DNA of 64,000 bases, from NCBI GenBank assembly GCA_040954595.2, contig CM082580.2:6641519-6705518 (forward strand). The letters run 5' to 3'. This DNA is from Balanoglossus misakiensis (taxonomy: Eukaryota > Animalia > Hemichordata). Positions 1-15,400 of this stretch are shown in pieces (the stretch's first letter is position 1; each line of letters begins with the position of its first letter). The notes beneath the pieces are model-generated. The model did no database searches. It worked only from the letters and a program-made list of their open reading frames with translations, and had not been told where the DNA came from. Made by a program: the position numbers and the translations under genes.

Positions 1-446
1 TATTTGCCTATACATTTACGGTTATTTGCACAACTCGATAAGTTGAACACAATCCCAAATCTTGTCAACAATCCGCCGGCTTAATTGTCGTACATATATA
101 GATAGTCACAACAGTTACCATGACGACACGCGAAGTCTGTGACATTCTTCGATAAGACAGGGGATCCATCAACCTCGTTATATGATTGTGAAGAGCGGAC
201 CGCAGTGAAATTGGTCGCTAGAGGGCAAAGGTGGCCGGTGGACATCCGATACGCCTCCTGAAACACAACCGCCCCTCCCCGCGCCAGTTGAATCGACGCC
301 AGCGCTACTCGTTGCATCCTCCCCCGGCTCGCTCTGTGAAATTCTACGTCGTATAGTGCCATGTATAGTGCAAGTTTACTGGCGTAGACGATTTCTCCTT
401 CTTTGTTAACACAGTATTTTCTTCTGCGGGATTTATCTCATTCAAG

Positions 447-3400
447 ATGCAGTCTTTGCGTATTATTATTCTGGTGGTGTCAATTTTTGTCACGGGTAAG
501 TCTTTGCCTTATAATTATCATCTGCGGGAGGTAGGCCGGGCGCAGAATTATCATCGATCGGCAATCGCATGTTTTTCGTCACTCATATCAAAATAAATGA
601 CCTGGGCTTCGATACGCAACCTTCCTTGAAAAGCAGACGGAGAATTTCGATATTTTCAAATTACATTTTTTAAACTTTGAATGATGCAAGTCGCACTCGG
701 AGGCCTGTCTCATCTCAACGAGAAGGGGCGTCTCCGCATGTATTTTTGGTACATAACCTTGGAGTTGAAAACCCGATCCATTCGATGGCGACGTGACGCC
801 GTTAATCTCCGATGCAAGGTTTTTCCAACGAGGGAATATGTCTGATCTAATGAAGACTTGAATATTGTTTAAATTCATTTGCTTCATTTAGTTTGACGCG
901 TGAAGTAGGGCCTACAGTATGCAAACAAAGTTTGATGTTGACGTTCACGTTTGTTTCGGCCACTGCATCCCACCGCCGACCTTGCATCAGTGTTCATTCA
1001 CGTTGGCATTGATTGGCAAAATAAAAACGGATATTTATGCGCGGGGACAGGATACAGTCAGAGGACAGTGTCTGGCAGATTTTTTTTACACTATTAAGGA
1101 TTCCAATAAGTAATGATATGCCCGCAATTACGTCAACGCCATTTAACGGCGCGCAAACTCCAGGTCTTCATTGCGCCATTTCTTGGTTTTTACTGCGGCC
1201 GCGCCACGTGTGTGTACATTTCACGAGAATTCGGGTCGCATTACATGTTTCATGTTGTGAGAACAATTTTCGGGCGTTGCGTGGTTCTGTATATCGAGAG
1301 TTAAATTCGATGCCATGAGAACTTCGTCAGAGAAATGACACCTCCTTTCGGTTGTTGAACCAACCTGTACCATCCTGTCGCGGGAGACGCGTTATGGGGC
1401 GTTCCGTTTACTTTCATTCTAAACGGTCGATTCGCTGCGTAACAGTGCAACAATTGTGTTTACTCACCGATATCGTTTATAACCTTTCCAGAAAGCCTTG
1501 AAACCCGGCAGACAATTAATACGTGACTGAGCATACTTCTTTGTGTAAGGTGAATTTCTCGTGCGACAAGAGGTCTGAGATAAAAAAAAATGGTGAAATA
1601 ACGCTGCTTGTGTGAAAAAGATCTGCTGATTGCGTTGAGAAAAAGTTATTTCGGTGAAATGAGCATAAGATCACTTCGTTTTGTGTGACAAATATCCCTT
1701 GCAAAACCAGACAAATTAGTATTTCTGATTGCGCAATTGTTAAAAAAATATCGCTGATAGGGTATAGAAATAATAAAAGAAACCTACGCAATTTACTATG
1801 ATTCAAACCATGCGGTCGAAATGCCTCGCATTTATGGCAATCACTTTCATATATATTGCATTTACTTTCAATAATTCAAGGGTTTCAATTCTTGCTGGAA
1901 ATATAGTTTGACACTTCTGTCAGTCGCATACGAGGCATACCATGTCATGCGGCGAGATGAACCGTGAGATTACAAAATTGGACAATAAAAACAAAGTAAT
2001 TTCAGATAAAGTTGGTGGCGCTACACTGAGTAAGGACCGGTCACGCTTATGGAAACTGTGGACACGGAAACTTGAAAGGGAATAAATTGTAGTAGCCTAT
2101 ATGATGTTCCACATTTTTAATAATCGATAGAAAGCTTTATCAATATTTCTATTTTATATAACTCTACCTGAAACGCTGGAATGAAACGCCACAGTAAACA
2201 TAGCAGTAGCCGTTGGCAAACACAAGTGTTTGCCTCAACACAAGTCACACTTCACTGGGAGCCAGATTCGTGAAGGCCAGTGGGTGTTACTGATTGCAAA
2301 TGATATGAAGCCATAGATATGCAATACAGATCTAGACTTTTCTGCGGCTCACAGCGAATTTGTGCCAATGGGTTAAAAGGTTAACATGGTTAGGGCACAT
2401 ACATGTATTTCACGACACTTTTAGGTTAGTTTTCCCATTAAATTCACATCACTGCATTTACAAAGCGCACGTGAAAGCATGTGCCCTCGTTTGAAAGTCT
2501 TATGGGATTATTTTTTTACATGTAAACACCATGTAATTCGACAGTTGCGAAGAATCGATGAAAATTCAACCTCTCCGCAATTGACATGCGCCCCTAACAC
2601 CGTGACACAGTTTGATCACTTGGGGGCGCAAATTACCTTTTATTTGCCCTGTGTACCTGAACGTGAACTCGAGCTAGCTGGCATCGTCTGCTTTTTGTGG
2701 TGAAATCATGTGTGAATCTGAGCTCCTGAAACGCCTGTGTTGTGACGAGTTAAAGGTTAGTTTCATACTCTAATATCAACCAGTGATCGCGAAGCCCCAC
2801 TGGTGCAATTAGACCATAATGTACCATTTTCCAGTTGCATCGGTGCGATGGGGGGGGGGGGGGTGATTTCAGTAGAGTGTTACATATTGAATGGAATTCC
2901 AATTTGGAAGATGTTATTGGAGCATGTTAATACCGTGTTACTGTAGAGTGCTAGTAGTAGTAACCTTGGACCATTGACGGACATGAGAAGGATGTACTTA
3001 TTATAATTCTTTGAGACCGGACGGATGCATGCTGTGTGAGACAAAACTCCAGACGAGGCCACATACATGTACCGGTATGCGTACATGACCATGCCATGGG
3101 AGATTAGTAATGCACCACGAGTAATCAAAGGAGCTACTACAGTTCCATGGGTAAACTATCCCATTCCCAAGATTTGTACACGCTGGGTTCCTCACGTGAA
3201 TAAGCCTAATGGCCCGCTTGTGTTTTCAAATTCAGGGACGCCTATATAATCCCCAGATAAAGCTGTCAGGCTTAACTTTAAATAGAGTTCAGATAGATCC
3301 ACGTACATTCAGACTATTCCTATCAGTTTATAAAGACACAGATTGTCTTTTTGGTTGTTTCACAGGTGTGTTGACTCAGAACTGTACATTTGAAAGTGAC

Positions 3401-6400
3401 CAGTGTGGCTGGACTCAGGCCCAAGACGATGACTTTGATTGGCTTAGACAACGTAGTAACACGGGTACGCCCCACACTGGACCAATCGGTGACCACACTA
3501 TTGGAGGTAAGTGTTTTCGTATGTCAGGGATATCTCTTGTCTTAGTTACTGGAGAGGGGGGTCTAGTAGTCTTTACACCCTAGCAGGACATATTGATTTC
3601 TAGTAATACATGTTCTTGTAATGTATACATATATGTATGCATTAGGCAAGTAATCATATTGAGTAGCCTTGATTGATGAAAAGACAAAACTATATATTTA
3701 CTTTAAAAACCCAACCATACCAATTGCATAAATTTACTTTTTAAAGTAATGACAGCTACTTTTATAGTAGAAATTTCTACATTTCACCCTGTATCTTTTT
3801 GCAGCTGGTGGTTATTTCATGTACATAGAAAACACATTCAATGGCGCTCCTGGTGACAAAGCTAGATATATCAGTCCTACCATCAATCTGGTCGCCGACA
3901 TGCCACAATGTCTGACGTTTTGGTGAGTGTAACAACGTTAAAATTTTCTGCCAACTCATGTCTGTGAGACGTGTCTGGTAAATGTACATGTGGAACTTCA
4001 AAATCTTGGTATGTTGTAAAGTACCATTCTCGTATTAAAGGCGGATAGGCCCTGTCGTACAGTGGGGAGGTGAAAGGTCATGTACTTAATATTCATGATG
4101 TTGCATTGCAGGTATCACATGCACGGTGCCCACATCAACAGGCTGAATGTCTACATCGGCGACACAGGAGGCTTGGGAAACGTGATCTGGACCAGGCAGT
4201 TGACCCAAGGAAATGCCTGGAAGAAAGGTCAGCTGACGTTGGCGGCGACCGTCAACAGCACCAAGAACGTCGTGTTCGAGGGGATCCATGGAATCATACA
4301 GGGCGATATTGCCATCGATGACATCACAGTTGGAGATGGCGCGTGTGTCCCAGGTAGGCAGTAATAAACAATACCTCCTTTACATAAAAAAAAAGCCAGT
4401 TTAATCCTGTTTATTTCTTCAAAACTAATATACCCATGTAGATATTTTTCTTCAACCTACTGTTTGTTAATGTTTATCTCCTCCTTTTCCCAGATTACTG
4501 TACTTTTGAGGATGATGGAAATCTGTGCGGTGGTGTACAGGATACAACTGACAACATTGATTGGACGTTATCCAGCGGAAGTCTGGGCACTGCAGCTGAT
4601 TACACATTTGGTACTTTGTCCGGTAAGTAACTGTTGTGGTCTACATGATTCCACCAGACCTTATGTGGATACCAATTGAAAAGTCCTGAACTGTTTCTCA
4701 TTCAGGGAGAAATCAATAACCCCAACAGCAGCATTCAGTATTAGAATCTACACAAATGCAGCTCTATGCCTTCGCTTCCTTCCATATTTTTTGTGCACTG
4801 TACAAGTAGACTTAGGTTTTTTCCCTTCTTATGGTCCAAGTTGCTGTCTTGCTGTCTGACACAGACTGGTCGCTGCCATCTTGTCTGTTAGGGCAGCACA
4901 CTGCCTCATTGCATTGAATGTATACAATTTTTGTAAGCAGGGTCTCTGGTCTGGCACATGCGCATAAGAGGATTGTCATCCATGGATGTTCCTTCTTTCT
5001 ATAAGTTTCACATGTACGTTAAATTTTCAACTGATACCGCTCTCACAGGTCACTACCTGTACGTGTCTGCGAACGACCAGAACAGACAGCAGACGGCCAG
5101 ATTCATCAGCTCCGCCTTCACCGGCTCGGCCTCCGCGCAGTGCCTCCAGTTCTACTACATCAGAAGCGGTCAGAGCGCCTCGTCCACGTTCAGCATTTAC
5201 GTGCAGGTCGGCGGCAACCGGGGAACGCCCGTGTGGAGCAGCACGGCCTCTCAGGGTGACGGCTGGTTCGAAGGACAGGTGGAGATCAACAGCGTTAGCA
5301 GTTTCCAGATCGTCTTCGAGGCGGTCAGGACCACCGCCACGGCAGGATTTGTCGGCTTCGACGACTTCTTTGTGTTCCCGGGGCAGTGTTCTTCTGTGGG
5401 TAAGGAAACTACCTAGTTTTTCGTCGCTGTTGTCTGGTCAAATCGAATGGTTAACTCACATCATTCATCGTAGCAAGTTACGTGTATGAAATGGGTTGAT
5501 GCAGAAATGCATGCTACTAAGGATATTGCAGACTATATTGGCCTGGAACTCTCCCTCTCCTTGTTAATCAAAAATAAAATTCACTCGACCTTGGGCCCTG
5601 GTGCATAATTTAAAATATTCACTTCACACTTACAGCGTATACTAATCACTAGAAACAGAAAATGTCAATGTCTCGTTTTCCGTCATTATCAGGAGTCTTG
5701 CCCGGTTCCTGTGATTTCGAAAGTGGCCTGTGTTCCTGGAAGAATGTGGACACGGATGACATCGACTGGGTTGAGAATAAACGTGGTACTGGCACAGGTG
5801 GAACTGGGCCTTCCAATGATCACACCAAAGGCAATGCAAATGGTAGGTTCTTACAGAGCTGTGATTTCTCTATAAATCTTGTGACCACTCCTGATTTGTA
5901 TTCAAAGGTACTGTTCACACTCCCATGGTATTAAGTGGGGACAAATTCAATATCAATTTTCGAAGAAGTTTGAATTATGGTTGTGGCACACCTGAATTCA
6001 CTCTCTGAAGATCCCAAATAATAAGATTCCAAATAATACAGCAACAGACCATTGAGTAATTTCTTATGTAAGATGCATATGCATTCCAACTTTTATTCTG
6101 AAGAGTTTGTGACAACTAGGTAAAACTTGTCCATTTGAAAAGTTAAACTGACATCGTGCACTTTCTCCATCTCTCAGGGACCTACGCTTACTTTGAGGCT
6201 TCCAACTCAGAAGCCGGATCGATCGGCAACTTCATCAGTGCTCCGTACGATGCCAACAGCCAGGATGATCGCTGCATCGATTTCTGGTACCACATGTACG
6301 GCAACGGTATCGGCACGCTCAAGGTCCAACAGGTGGTGGGAACCCAGGTCACCGACCTTTGGGTCCTGTCCAGTAACCAAGGCAACAGTTGGATCAATGG

Positions 6401-9400
6401 CCGGGTGGGGTTCAGTCAAGATCAAGGATATCAGGTGAGTCCCTGAAGAACAGGCTTTGCTTAAGTTGTCTCTGAATTTAGCTTTTTACATCTCTATTGC
6501 ATTTTCCATCTTGCAGTCCATTTTTTCCTCTTACCTCTGTCTTGATTATGATATATTTGTATGAATTTAATTTTGACAGCTTATGTTCAGTGCTACCAGA
6601 GGAAGTGCCCCAGCGGGTGACATTTGCATTGATGATGTTTCAATTCTCCCTGGTTATTGTAGAGGTAAGTCTTCAGTCTTCAAATGATAACATCAATCAC
6701 ATTATAGCTTAGAATCTTCCAGTTGGTATAGTGTGTGTGTACCAGTATGTGTGTTGTCGATTAAGAGGCCGTCTTTACTGTCTGCAAACTATGTATAATC
6801 TGATAAAATAACTTTATAATAGGTGGTTGTATCAATGCAGAGTCTCTGAACAGATTTTTATTATCAAAATATCATAAGTTGCATAATATTGGATTTATAC
6901 ATTGGTTTTGCTATCACTCACTCAGTTATCTTTGTTATAAAGCCCATCGTGAATCTTAAAAATGCAGCATCACTACTATACATTATATAAGAAGCTCACA
7001 ACAGCATTAAATTTACTTTATTTTCAAAATGGATTCATTTCCTGAAGTGAAAATATTATGACTATGAGTTAGGTGTCATGAATGCATGATTCTAACCTGA
7101 TCATGTGAACTGCCGTGAACAAAATTTCAGTGAAAGCTCACATATCTCTTGTCTTTGTTTGTTTTAGCTGCATACACTCCATTTGACTGTGACTTTGAGA
7201 TCGACACATGCGGTTGGACTCAAGACGACACTGACAAAATGGATTGGGTCAGGGCCAAAGGTTACACCACGTCCCCACATACTGGACCCTCTCAGGATCA
7301 CACCATAGGTGGTGAGTTTCAAAGAAATATATAAAGCATTAGAATGAATTAAAGTTATTAATACTGAGGCTAACACACACACAAACCATCAAATGGAGAT
7401 GGGATTTACACTTGTTTCCACGCTGTTGTAGTCTATATGTATTTATAGACTTATTTTTTACACAACTCATGGTCTTTAGACTCTTCTTTGACATTTCTTA
7501 TATGTCAATGCAAGTTCACAGTATGGAAATGAGCACACAAACTTTTAGCCAATCAGGAATTAGCTCCATAACTAAGCCCACTTAACTTCATAGGAAAAGA
7601 CCCAGATGGACTTTTTGAGGCTACCTAGGTTGATAGTTTATTGACTTTATCTCTTATTCAGTGGATGGCTATTACATGTACATTGAGAATTCAGTGGATA
7701 AAGATTTTGGAGACCCAGCCAGACTGAACAGTCCAAGTGTCAACATTCAGGCCAACCAACCCAAATGTCTGACATTCTGGTAAGCTCATTTACGGAACCA
7801 GTTTTTAAAAGGGTTGTATCTAAGTCTACTTAGTGGCTGCAATCTGCAGACCATGATGTACTGGCCACAATTTAGTTGGTGGTGTACTGTGTGGCCACCC
7901 AGTGAAAATCTGTGATTGGGTAGATCATCAGTTTCAATGGTAACTGTGGCTAAATTAATTTGCATAAGTGATCATATACATTGTACCACAGACAGTCCCT
8001 CCACACATAAATCGTTAGATTTAAATAGTATTAAGGATGTACGCGCAGAACATAAACCGGAAACAGTGCGCGCCCGGTCTTTTTCCCATAGGATTACATT
8101 GAAAATTGCTAGAAAACAAACTTCTACTATTGTCATTTTCACGAAATTTTACACATAGCTCAATCCAGCAAATATAAATTCATTGGTCAAATAAAATATA
8201 GGGGTCACCGCGCTCTATTTTGAGATAAATTGCATCAAAAATTTTGCCCATAGACAAACCATTGGTGGAAAATGCTGAGTCATCAGTTTTCTTCTATTAT
8301 CGGCTAAATTCATGGCTCTGTATTTCAAAAACAAGCGCGGTGACCCCTATATTTTATTACGGATTTTCATTATACATACAAAGGAGAATCCAAAAATCCA
8401 CAATTAAAAAAAATGACAATACTTTCAATTTTACTGAACGTACATCCTTAATGGACAGAAAAGAGCTGGTCTTTTACTGCCAACTATAATTTTTTGCTTA
8501 AATCTTCTGCTATATGTATATTACTGTACCCTATTTGAGAATTTTTGTTTACATAACAGGTATCACATGTATGGGGCACACATTGGCTCCCTGAACGTCT
8601 ACCTGAAATCTGGCACCACACTCGGAGACGCTATATGGAGCAGACAGACCACGTACGGTGACAAGTGGATCCAGGCACGGGTCAACATCATCCAATCAGC
8701 AACGGTCACCAGGACGGTGGTTATAGAGGCAACTCAGGGATACAAAATCCACGGCGATATCGCGATTGATGACGTGCTTATGCAGGATGGTTATTGCTCT
8801 TTTGGTGAGTGTCTATACTGTACACCCTATCTATTACTTCTTATGTAGAACCACATATTGAAAGAACCTCTGGAACCACTTTTCCGTACATCCCTTAGTG
8901 ATCACGTGTCTGTGAACAGGTGATATTTGTCTTGTATTTTAGATATGGACGGCTGTGATTTTGAGAATGGACTTTGTGGTGGCATGAAGGATTGGAGTGG
9001 AGATTTCAACTGGACGGTCAGCAATGGGGCAGACGGGAATGGGCCATCAGTCGATCACACTTACGAGAGCAGCGTTGGTGAGTCAAGTTGTTTGAGTTCA
9101 CGAATATCATTCACAGGTTAATTAGAAGTTGAGTCCACCATCAAAATCATAATTTTAAATGATTGCCTAGAAAAATAAGTGTGACATAATATGATGCATA
9201 TAATTTGATTTTTTTCTATAATTCAGATTATTTGGTGTTAATTTCAATATTTAATTTGAAAAATCAAATTTCGATATTTCTATCTACTAATGAATCATTT
9301 TTTTCATTCCAGGCAATTACTTACTGATGATGGCCACGTCCGACAATACCAACAAAGTCGCTCGATTCCTCACTTCCACAATGTCGACCACAGAAAACCG

Positions 9401-12400
9401 ATGCCTTCAGTTCTATTACGCCTGGGAGGGAGACGAAGTAGCTGCCTTGGGCGTCCAAACCAAAGTTGGAAGCGCCTACAGCCATTCGATCTGGGGCCGA
9501 TTCCTGCAGCTGGGTTCGGGATGGAATGTGGCTCGTGTGTCACTCCGACGCCAGACCAACTTCCAAGTTGCGATCGTCGCGCTACGGGGAAGCGGGGACT
9601 CTGGTTTTGTGGCTGTGGATGATATTGTCATCATGGATGGCGACTGTCCAAATGAAGGTACTAGTAACATTTAAACCTGTAGTTTACTCTCAAATCTATA
9701 TTTCGATTTTTCCAGATTTCAAAGAAACAATCAATAAACCAGATCAAACTGGTTCTTGTCAAGAATATGTTGTGCATTGCTGATAGTATGTCCATGTGGT
9801 CTAAAATTAGGGAAAAGACTTAAAGAAAAATGGGTAAACATATTGAAATTATGCACCACATTTTAAGTGGTACAATGTATCTGTAAGAGTGAGTTTTGAC
9901 TACACGTTTTCAAGAGTACAGTTAGGCGCTTTCCATCTGACACATATTCAAAGATTAGTGTCCGCGTCGTCAGTAATTCGTGACTGCCATGGAAAATTAT
10001 TTCCTTCATCATCCTTCCAGACGAGTGTAACTTTGAAGATGGCAGGTGTGCGTGGACCAACCAAGTCGTCGGTGACGACCTGGACTGGGTGTTGAATAAA
10101 GGTGGCACTGGTACGGCCCACACTGGACCCGAGACCGACCACACCACGGGCGGACAAAGTGGTGAGGAGATTGATATCAGGGGGGTCTCACAGTTCTTAG
10201 AAGTCCCTGACAGATCTGGGAAATTCAGAGCAGTCCTGGACACTACCACAGAATTCGATATAGTTTATAATTATCTGATATTTGATACCAGTCTTTCACA
10301 GAATTAAGTAAGCTCTGGAAATATTAATGAGCAATTAAGATCTAAGTGCATCTAGAAGATTATGTATAGACCCATGAAATTGAAATTCAGGTTTCAATCT
10401 GAACTAAAATTTTCTCTATAAAATATAATCATTCACCTGTCTAGTGGTACGCAATATATTTTACACATCTTTTTAAAAAAACAACATTATATTTTGTGTT
10501 TATTTTTGAATGAGAGCAAACATTTTGATATTTATTTCTTTCATTTTCTTCACAATTTTAAGGCACCTATCTGTACCTGGAAGGCTCCAATGCCGGATCA
10601 CAAGCCTCAGCCAAGCTGTACAGCCAGGTCTTTTCCCCGGGACTCACGCACCGATGTCTGGAGTTCTGGTACAGCATGTACGGCAGCAGAATGGGAACTC
10701 TGCAGGTGGGCATCATCACTGCCGCGGATCCCGACACGACGGACACTCTGTGGACGCTGAGTGGCAACCAAGGTCAAGGTTGGAATTACGGTAGAATTCC
10801 GTTCATCAGTCGGAAGGAGTATCAGGTATGTTGAGGGTTGCATTTCTGCCTTTAGCAAACACTGTCACTCAAAATATAATATTATTTTACATTCTCCATT
10901 CTTTAAAAAATCAAACATACATTACTTACACGACATCCAGAAAAAAAGGTTGAACATTAAAAATCAAATTTGGATTCTTTCGGCTTTTCTCGTTGCAGTT
11001 GGTCTTCACTGGCATACGCGGCACTGCATCACAAAGTGACATGGGCCTCGATGATATTGTCATCAGTGATGGAAACTGCCAAGGTAAGCCACACAAGTAA
11101 CCATATTTCACGTAATATTTCGAACTCACGATCCTTTACAGGCAAATATTTGTGACACACTGTACTATTTGCTCACTACTTCAATGTGATTTTATGGTAT
11201 TAGAGTGTTACTGAAGAAAGCAACTCTGGAATGTGTGTTCAAAATACTACATGCCTTAGGGCTGAGGTGTGTGTGTTGGAAAAGTAGATTGACCACAGAT
11301 CCTTTTTTGAGTCTGGAGAAATCTTTTATGGGGCAAGAGGTAGTTTTGTTCAGAACATGGCTCCTGGTTTCTTCAGGATACCGGCTAGTGGCAAAACTCG
11401 GCATCATGTATGACAAGAAAAAATTCAAGCATGATGGAATATGCAACTTTTGTCTTGCTTTTACCTGAAAAACAAATTATACGAGACAGAAGGCAGAACT
11501 TCCGTTTTTCATCTTTTGTTAATGGCTACATGTATATGACAGTTAAAAACATCTTCGCTGGAAAGATCTAGTAATTCAACGATAAGTTCTACGGTACAAT
11601 AGCTCACTGTCAGTTCCAGGGAAGACCTTACGACAACATACAAGCAGAAACATATTTTTCGTGTTTTTTATTTGTTTTCGCTGTGTCAGTGATGGTTGAT
11701 CACTGTTCACCACCGCAAGATCAAAGGTAATTAATGTTTATGAAAGAATGATACTGTACCACCATGATGCATGGCAATGTTAGGCACCAAGAGGTATGAC
11801 CAGATAATTACGTCTAACAAGATTTCTAACAAGTTCCACACTGTAGGCTTTATAACAAAGCACAATAGGATACTAGCTGATTTAAGCAGGACTTGCACAT
11901 AGTGCCTTCTAAATACACACTTCACGTACCAGGGGTATAGTCACTTAAACATCTAGTCATTCAGTGATCGATTTTACAGCTCTAGGATAGACACCCCCTG
12001 GCCATTAACCCAACAGACACCTGTGCTAATCGTATTATGCCTAACATTAGCCCTAGCTGGTAGGTGAGGAATGTGTAGTAAATACTTGTCCAGGGGTAAT
12101 ATACCTGATGCTGGCTTCTACACCTTTCATCGAATTATAAATTGCACATTAACATATCAAATACAGATAATAACCGAATACTGGTACTTCAAAATTGATA
12201 TATGATCTTTTATCTCTGTGACAATTAATACCATTGATCCATTTGGATAGCAATTTTATTTGTGACTATTTTATACAGATATGTCAGTCAGTAGACTGTC
12301 AGTAGACGAACTGCTGTTCACATAAAGCTGTTCCTGGTTAAAAATGAAGTTACAAAGAAGCATAATCAATATTGCAGTGAATATAATTACTTTTATTTTA

Positions 12401-15400
12401 AACTTTCAGGTTTGCCAGCATCAGCCACAGTGCATCCACCAACAGTTGGTAAGTGCAATGGTTCCAGTTTTCTGTCTAATTGTTTATTTTTATGCAGTTT
12501 TATTCACCATGTCATCGCCATAATAAACTTGTCATATTTTCACAAAATTATGCAGCCTCATAACTTTTTCCACACTTTTTTCTCAAATTTTGATCAAAAC
12601 TTGCAGACAATGGAAAATTAAATGCACTTGGTCTAGAATTAAGAGGGAAAATAGGAAAATGATAATAATGTTCCACCACATTTTGACAGCGAAAGGGTTA
12701 ATTATTGGCCAGAGTACATGTCAGATTAAGCTGTATTTACACAAAAATTTTCCACCACTGATGGCCTGCATTTCTGATTTGCCTCTATAGGTCCCACATC
12801 CAGTGCAAATCCATGTGGTCCAGGAAAATTCACCTGTACAAACGGTGATTGTATCGACGCCACCCAGTACTGCGATTTTGTAGCTCAGTGTTCGGACAGT
12901 TCGGATGAAGCCCAGTGTCGTAAGTCAAGACTATCTGGGATTTTGCGGTGTCTGGTTGCAGGTGTCCAAGAAGTGCAAAATTATAAACAGATGAGCCATC
13001 CCTTAACATCTGCTTTTAAGTCAGATTGTTTCAATACATTGTGTCCGTTTTTTTCGACAGCAGTATTTTTTGTTAAGGGTGGAGCCCAAGTAAATGTTAC
13101 CATGGTTTCCCTTAGTATATCATTTTACAATTATGTTCCCCTACCTTAGCAAAAACACTGGTTTATGTACTAAATCCAGTAACACTTGCTTTCTTCTACA
13201 GCAACTGACTGCATCTTCAATTACAACAACGACGCCTGCGGTTGGTATGAAGGAACGCCCGACGACAACTTCAACTGGCACGTGGCGCGTGGATACGACA
13301 CGCAGATCACACCAGACTTGGCACCGAGAACAGACCACACGTACAACAGCATGTATTGTGAGTATATCAGAGGAGTTCACTTGTTGAACTCCTGGTACAG
13401 ATATCTTCAGTATTTCTTTTTCAGATTTTTTGTTGATAATCTTTTTTTCAATTGTGATGAAAATGATGATACACCCATGTTTGGCGTTTGAACTCTAAGA
13501 GACTGAACTTAATCTTCCACTGTCAACAGAAAACTTTGCGCTTGCTTCAAAAGTGAACAACATCCAACATAAATTTCTTTTTCCCGCCTTTTAAAAAAAA
13601 TCCATTTTGCAGACTACTACGCATACATTGCACCTGTCGGAAGCTACTCCTACCCGTATGACACGGCCGAGTTCATGAGTCCATTGTTCTCGTCCGCGGC
13701 GGCAAGTTGCAGATTGAATTTCTGGTGGTACCAGTACGGATTGCGACCCTATTACTTTGAAGTGTGGCTGGTCACAGAGGACACCGAAGCCAAGGTCTTC
13801 TCTTACTACAGCAGCATGGGTGACCAGTGGAATAATCTGATTGTAGGCGTTGGCAGGCAGACCAAGCCATGGCAGGTCAGTGTTTAGACTCTCTCACAGC
13901 CCCTCTCACCGTCCATGCAGGCTAGTTATAGTCTGATTGCAATTGTGTGCCCGGCGAGAGGTTCGCTACACAACAGGTACCATATGGGGCTTCTCCTTTG
14001 CAAAACTGTTGTTGGCGCGTAAATGAAGAGCCTTGTAGCTAACCGTGGGCTGTGAGAGAGTCTAGTCAGTGTTGTGAAACAGACATTGATGTGCTTACTT
14101 TAAAATGCTTTAGATTAGGTTACTTTCATGGAGAAATTATTGTTGAATTAAAGTTGGTTTTGTTCAAGTCACCATTGCAGATGTCATTTTAAGAGGAAAC
14201 TTTTAAACTGTCTCATTTGCACAGATTGTTCCATTCCTGGTTTGACAAACGTCCAAGTTTCTTGTCTCTTCAGATCAAGTTAAACAAGATCCGCTACAGT
14301 TCCTACCACGCTGCCACGGCGATTGACGACACCAAATTCCAGAACTGTGGTCTGCCTCCACCGGCGTCGTTCTGCGACAGCAGCAAGTTCTGGTGCACCA
14401 ACACCAGGGCCTGCATCAGTCGGGATCTGCTGTGTGACTTGCAAGATGACTGTGGGGACTACTCTGATGAAATGAATTGTGGTGAGTGAGTGAGTGAGTG
14501 AGTGAGTGAGTGAGTGAGTGAGTGAGTGAGTGAGTGATGGGTGGGTGATGAGTCAGTAAGTGGGTGGGTTGGTGGATGAATGTGTGAGTCAGTGAGAAAA
14601 CAAGCGAGTGATGAACGAGCGAGCAAGTAAGTGAGTGAGTCAGTGATTGTTGGGTCAGTGAGTCAGTTAAGTGCAGAATGGAAATGCATCATATATTTCA
14701 GTGCAATCATGTAATGGTCATCATATTTAAATATGCATTGCAGAATCATTTTGAAATCTTTTGAACTTGATATACTATGAGGTCCTTCTCAGGATCAGTG
14801 GGATGTTAATTGTCAATGTGGCAGTTATGGTTATGGTATATTATCTGGTATAAACTCATAATCGTGTCTGTTGCAGACTCCTTCACTCAGTGCGATTTCC
14901 AGAGTGGCACATGTGACTGGACACAGGCCTCGGGCACCGATCATCTGACATGGAATCGCAGGCAAGGCTCAACACCAACCACATACACTGGACCAATTTT
15001 TGATCACACCTACACCAACTCAACAGGTATGTACAGTGAAGGAAGAAATGTCAACCCACATCAGTTACCTAAAACAGGTGTGGTGCAATGTCAAAAAATA
15101 TACTGACAGAAATTTTTGTTTTGCCTCACTATTACGTTTGGTTTTCAAGTGAATCTACATATTAGATCCACCAGACTATGATATCTCTCTTGATTTCAAG
15201 GTCTTGCCTCTAATTTTCCAATTTGAAATCTGATGTGATAACTCCATTTTAGAAACATGACATCATTACAATCATAACAGATATCACAAAATCCATTTTC
15301 AGGTTACTACATGTATATTGAGGGCTACTATAATTACTATGGCAAGACAGCCCAGCTGGTCAGTAAGATTTACAGAGCTACGACGACAAGAACCTGCAAG

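Noticed and set aside
11581-11730. Hydrophobic stretch with a GT donor as an internal alternative first exon of the MAM gene
   Set aside because: There is no in-frame ATG ahead of the hydrophobic stretch (stops upstream), and the phase is incompatible with the next exon.
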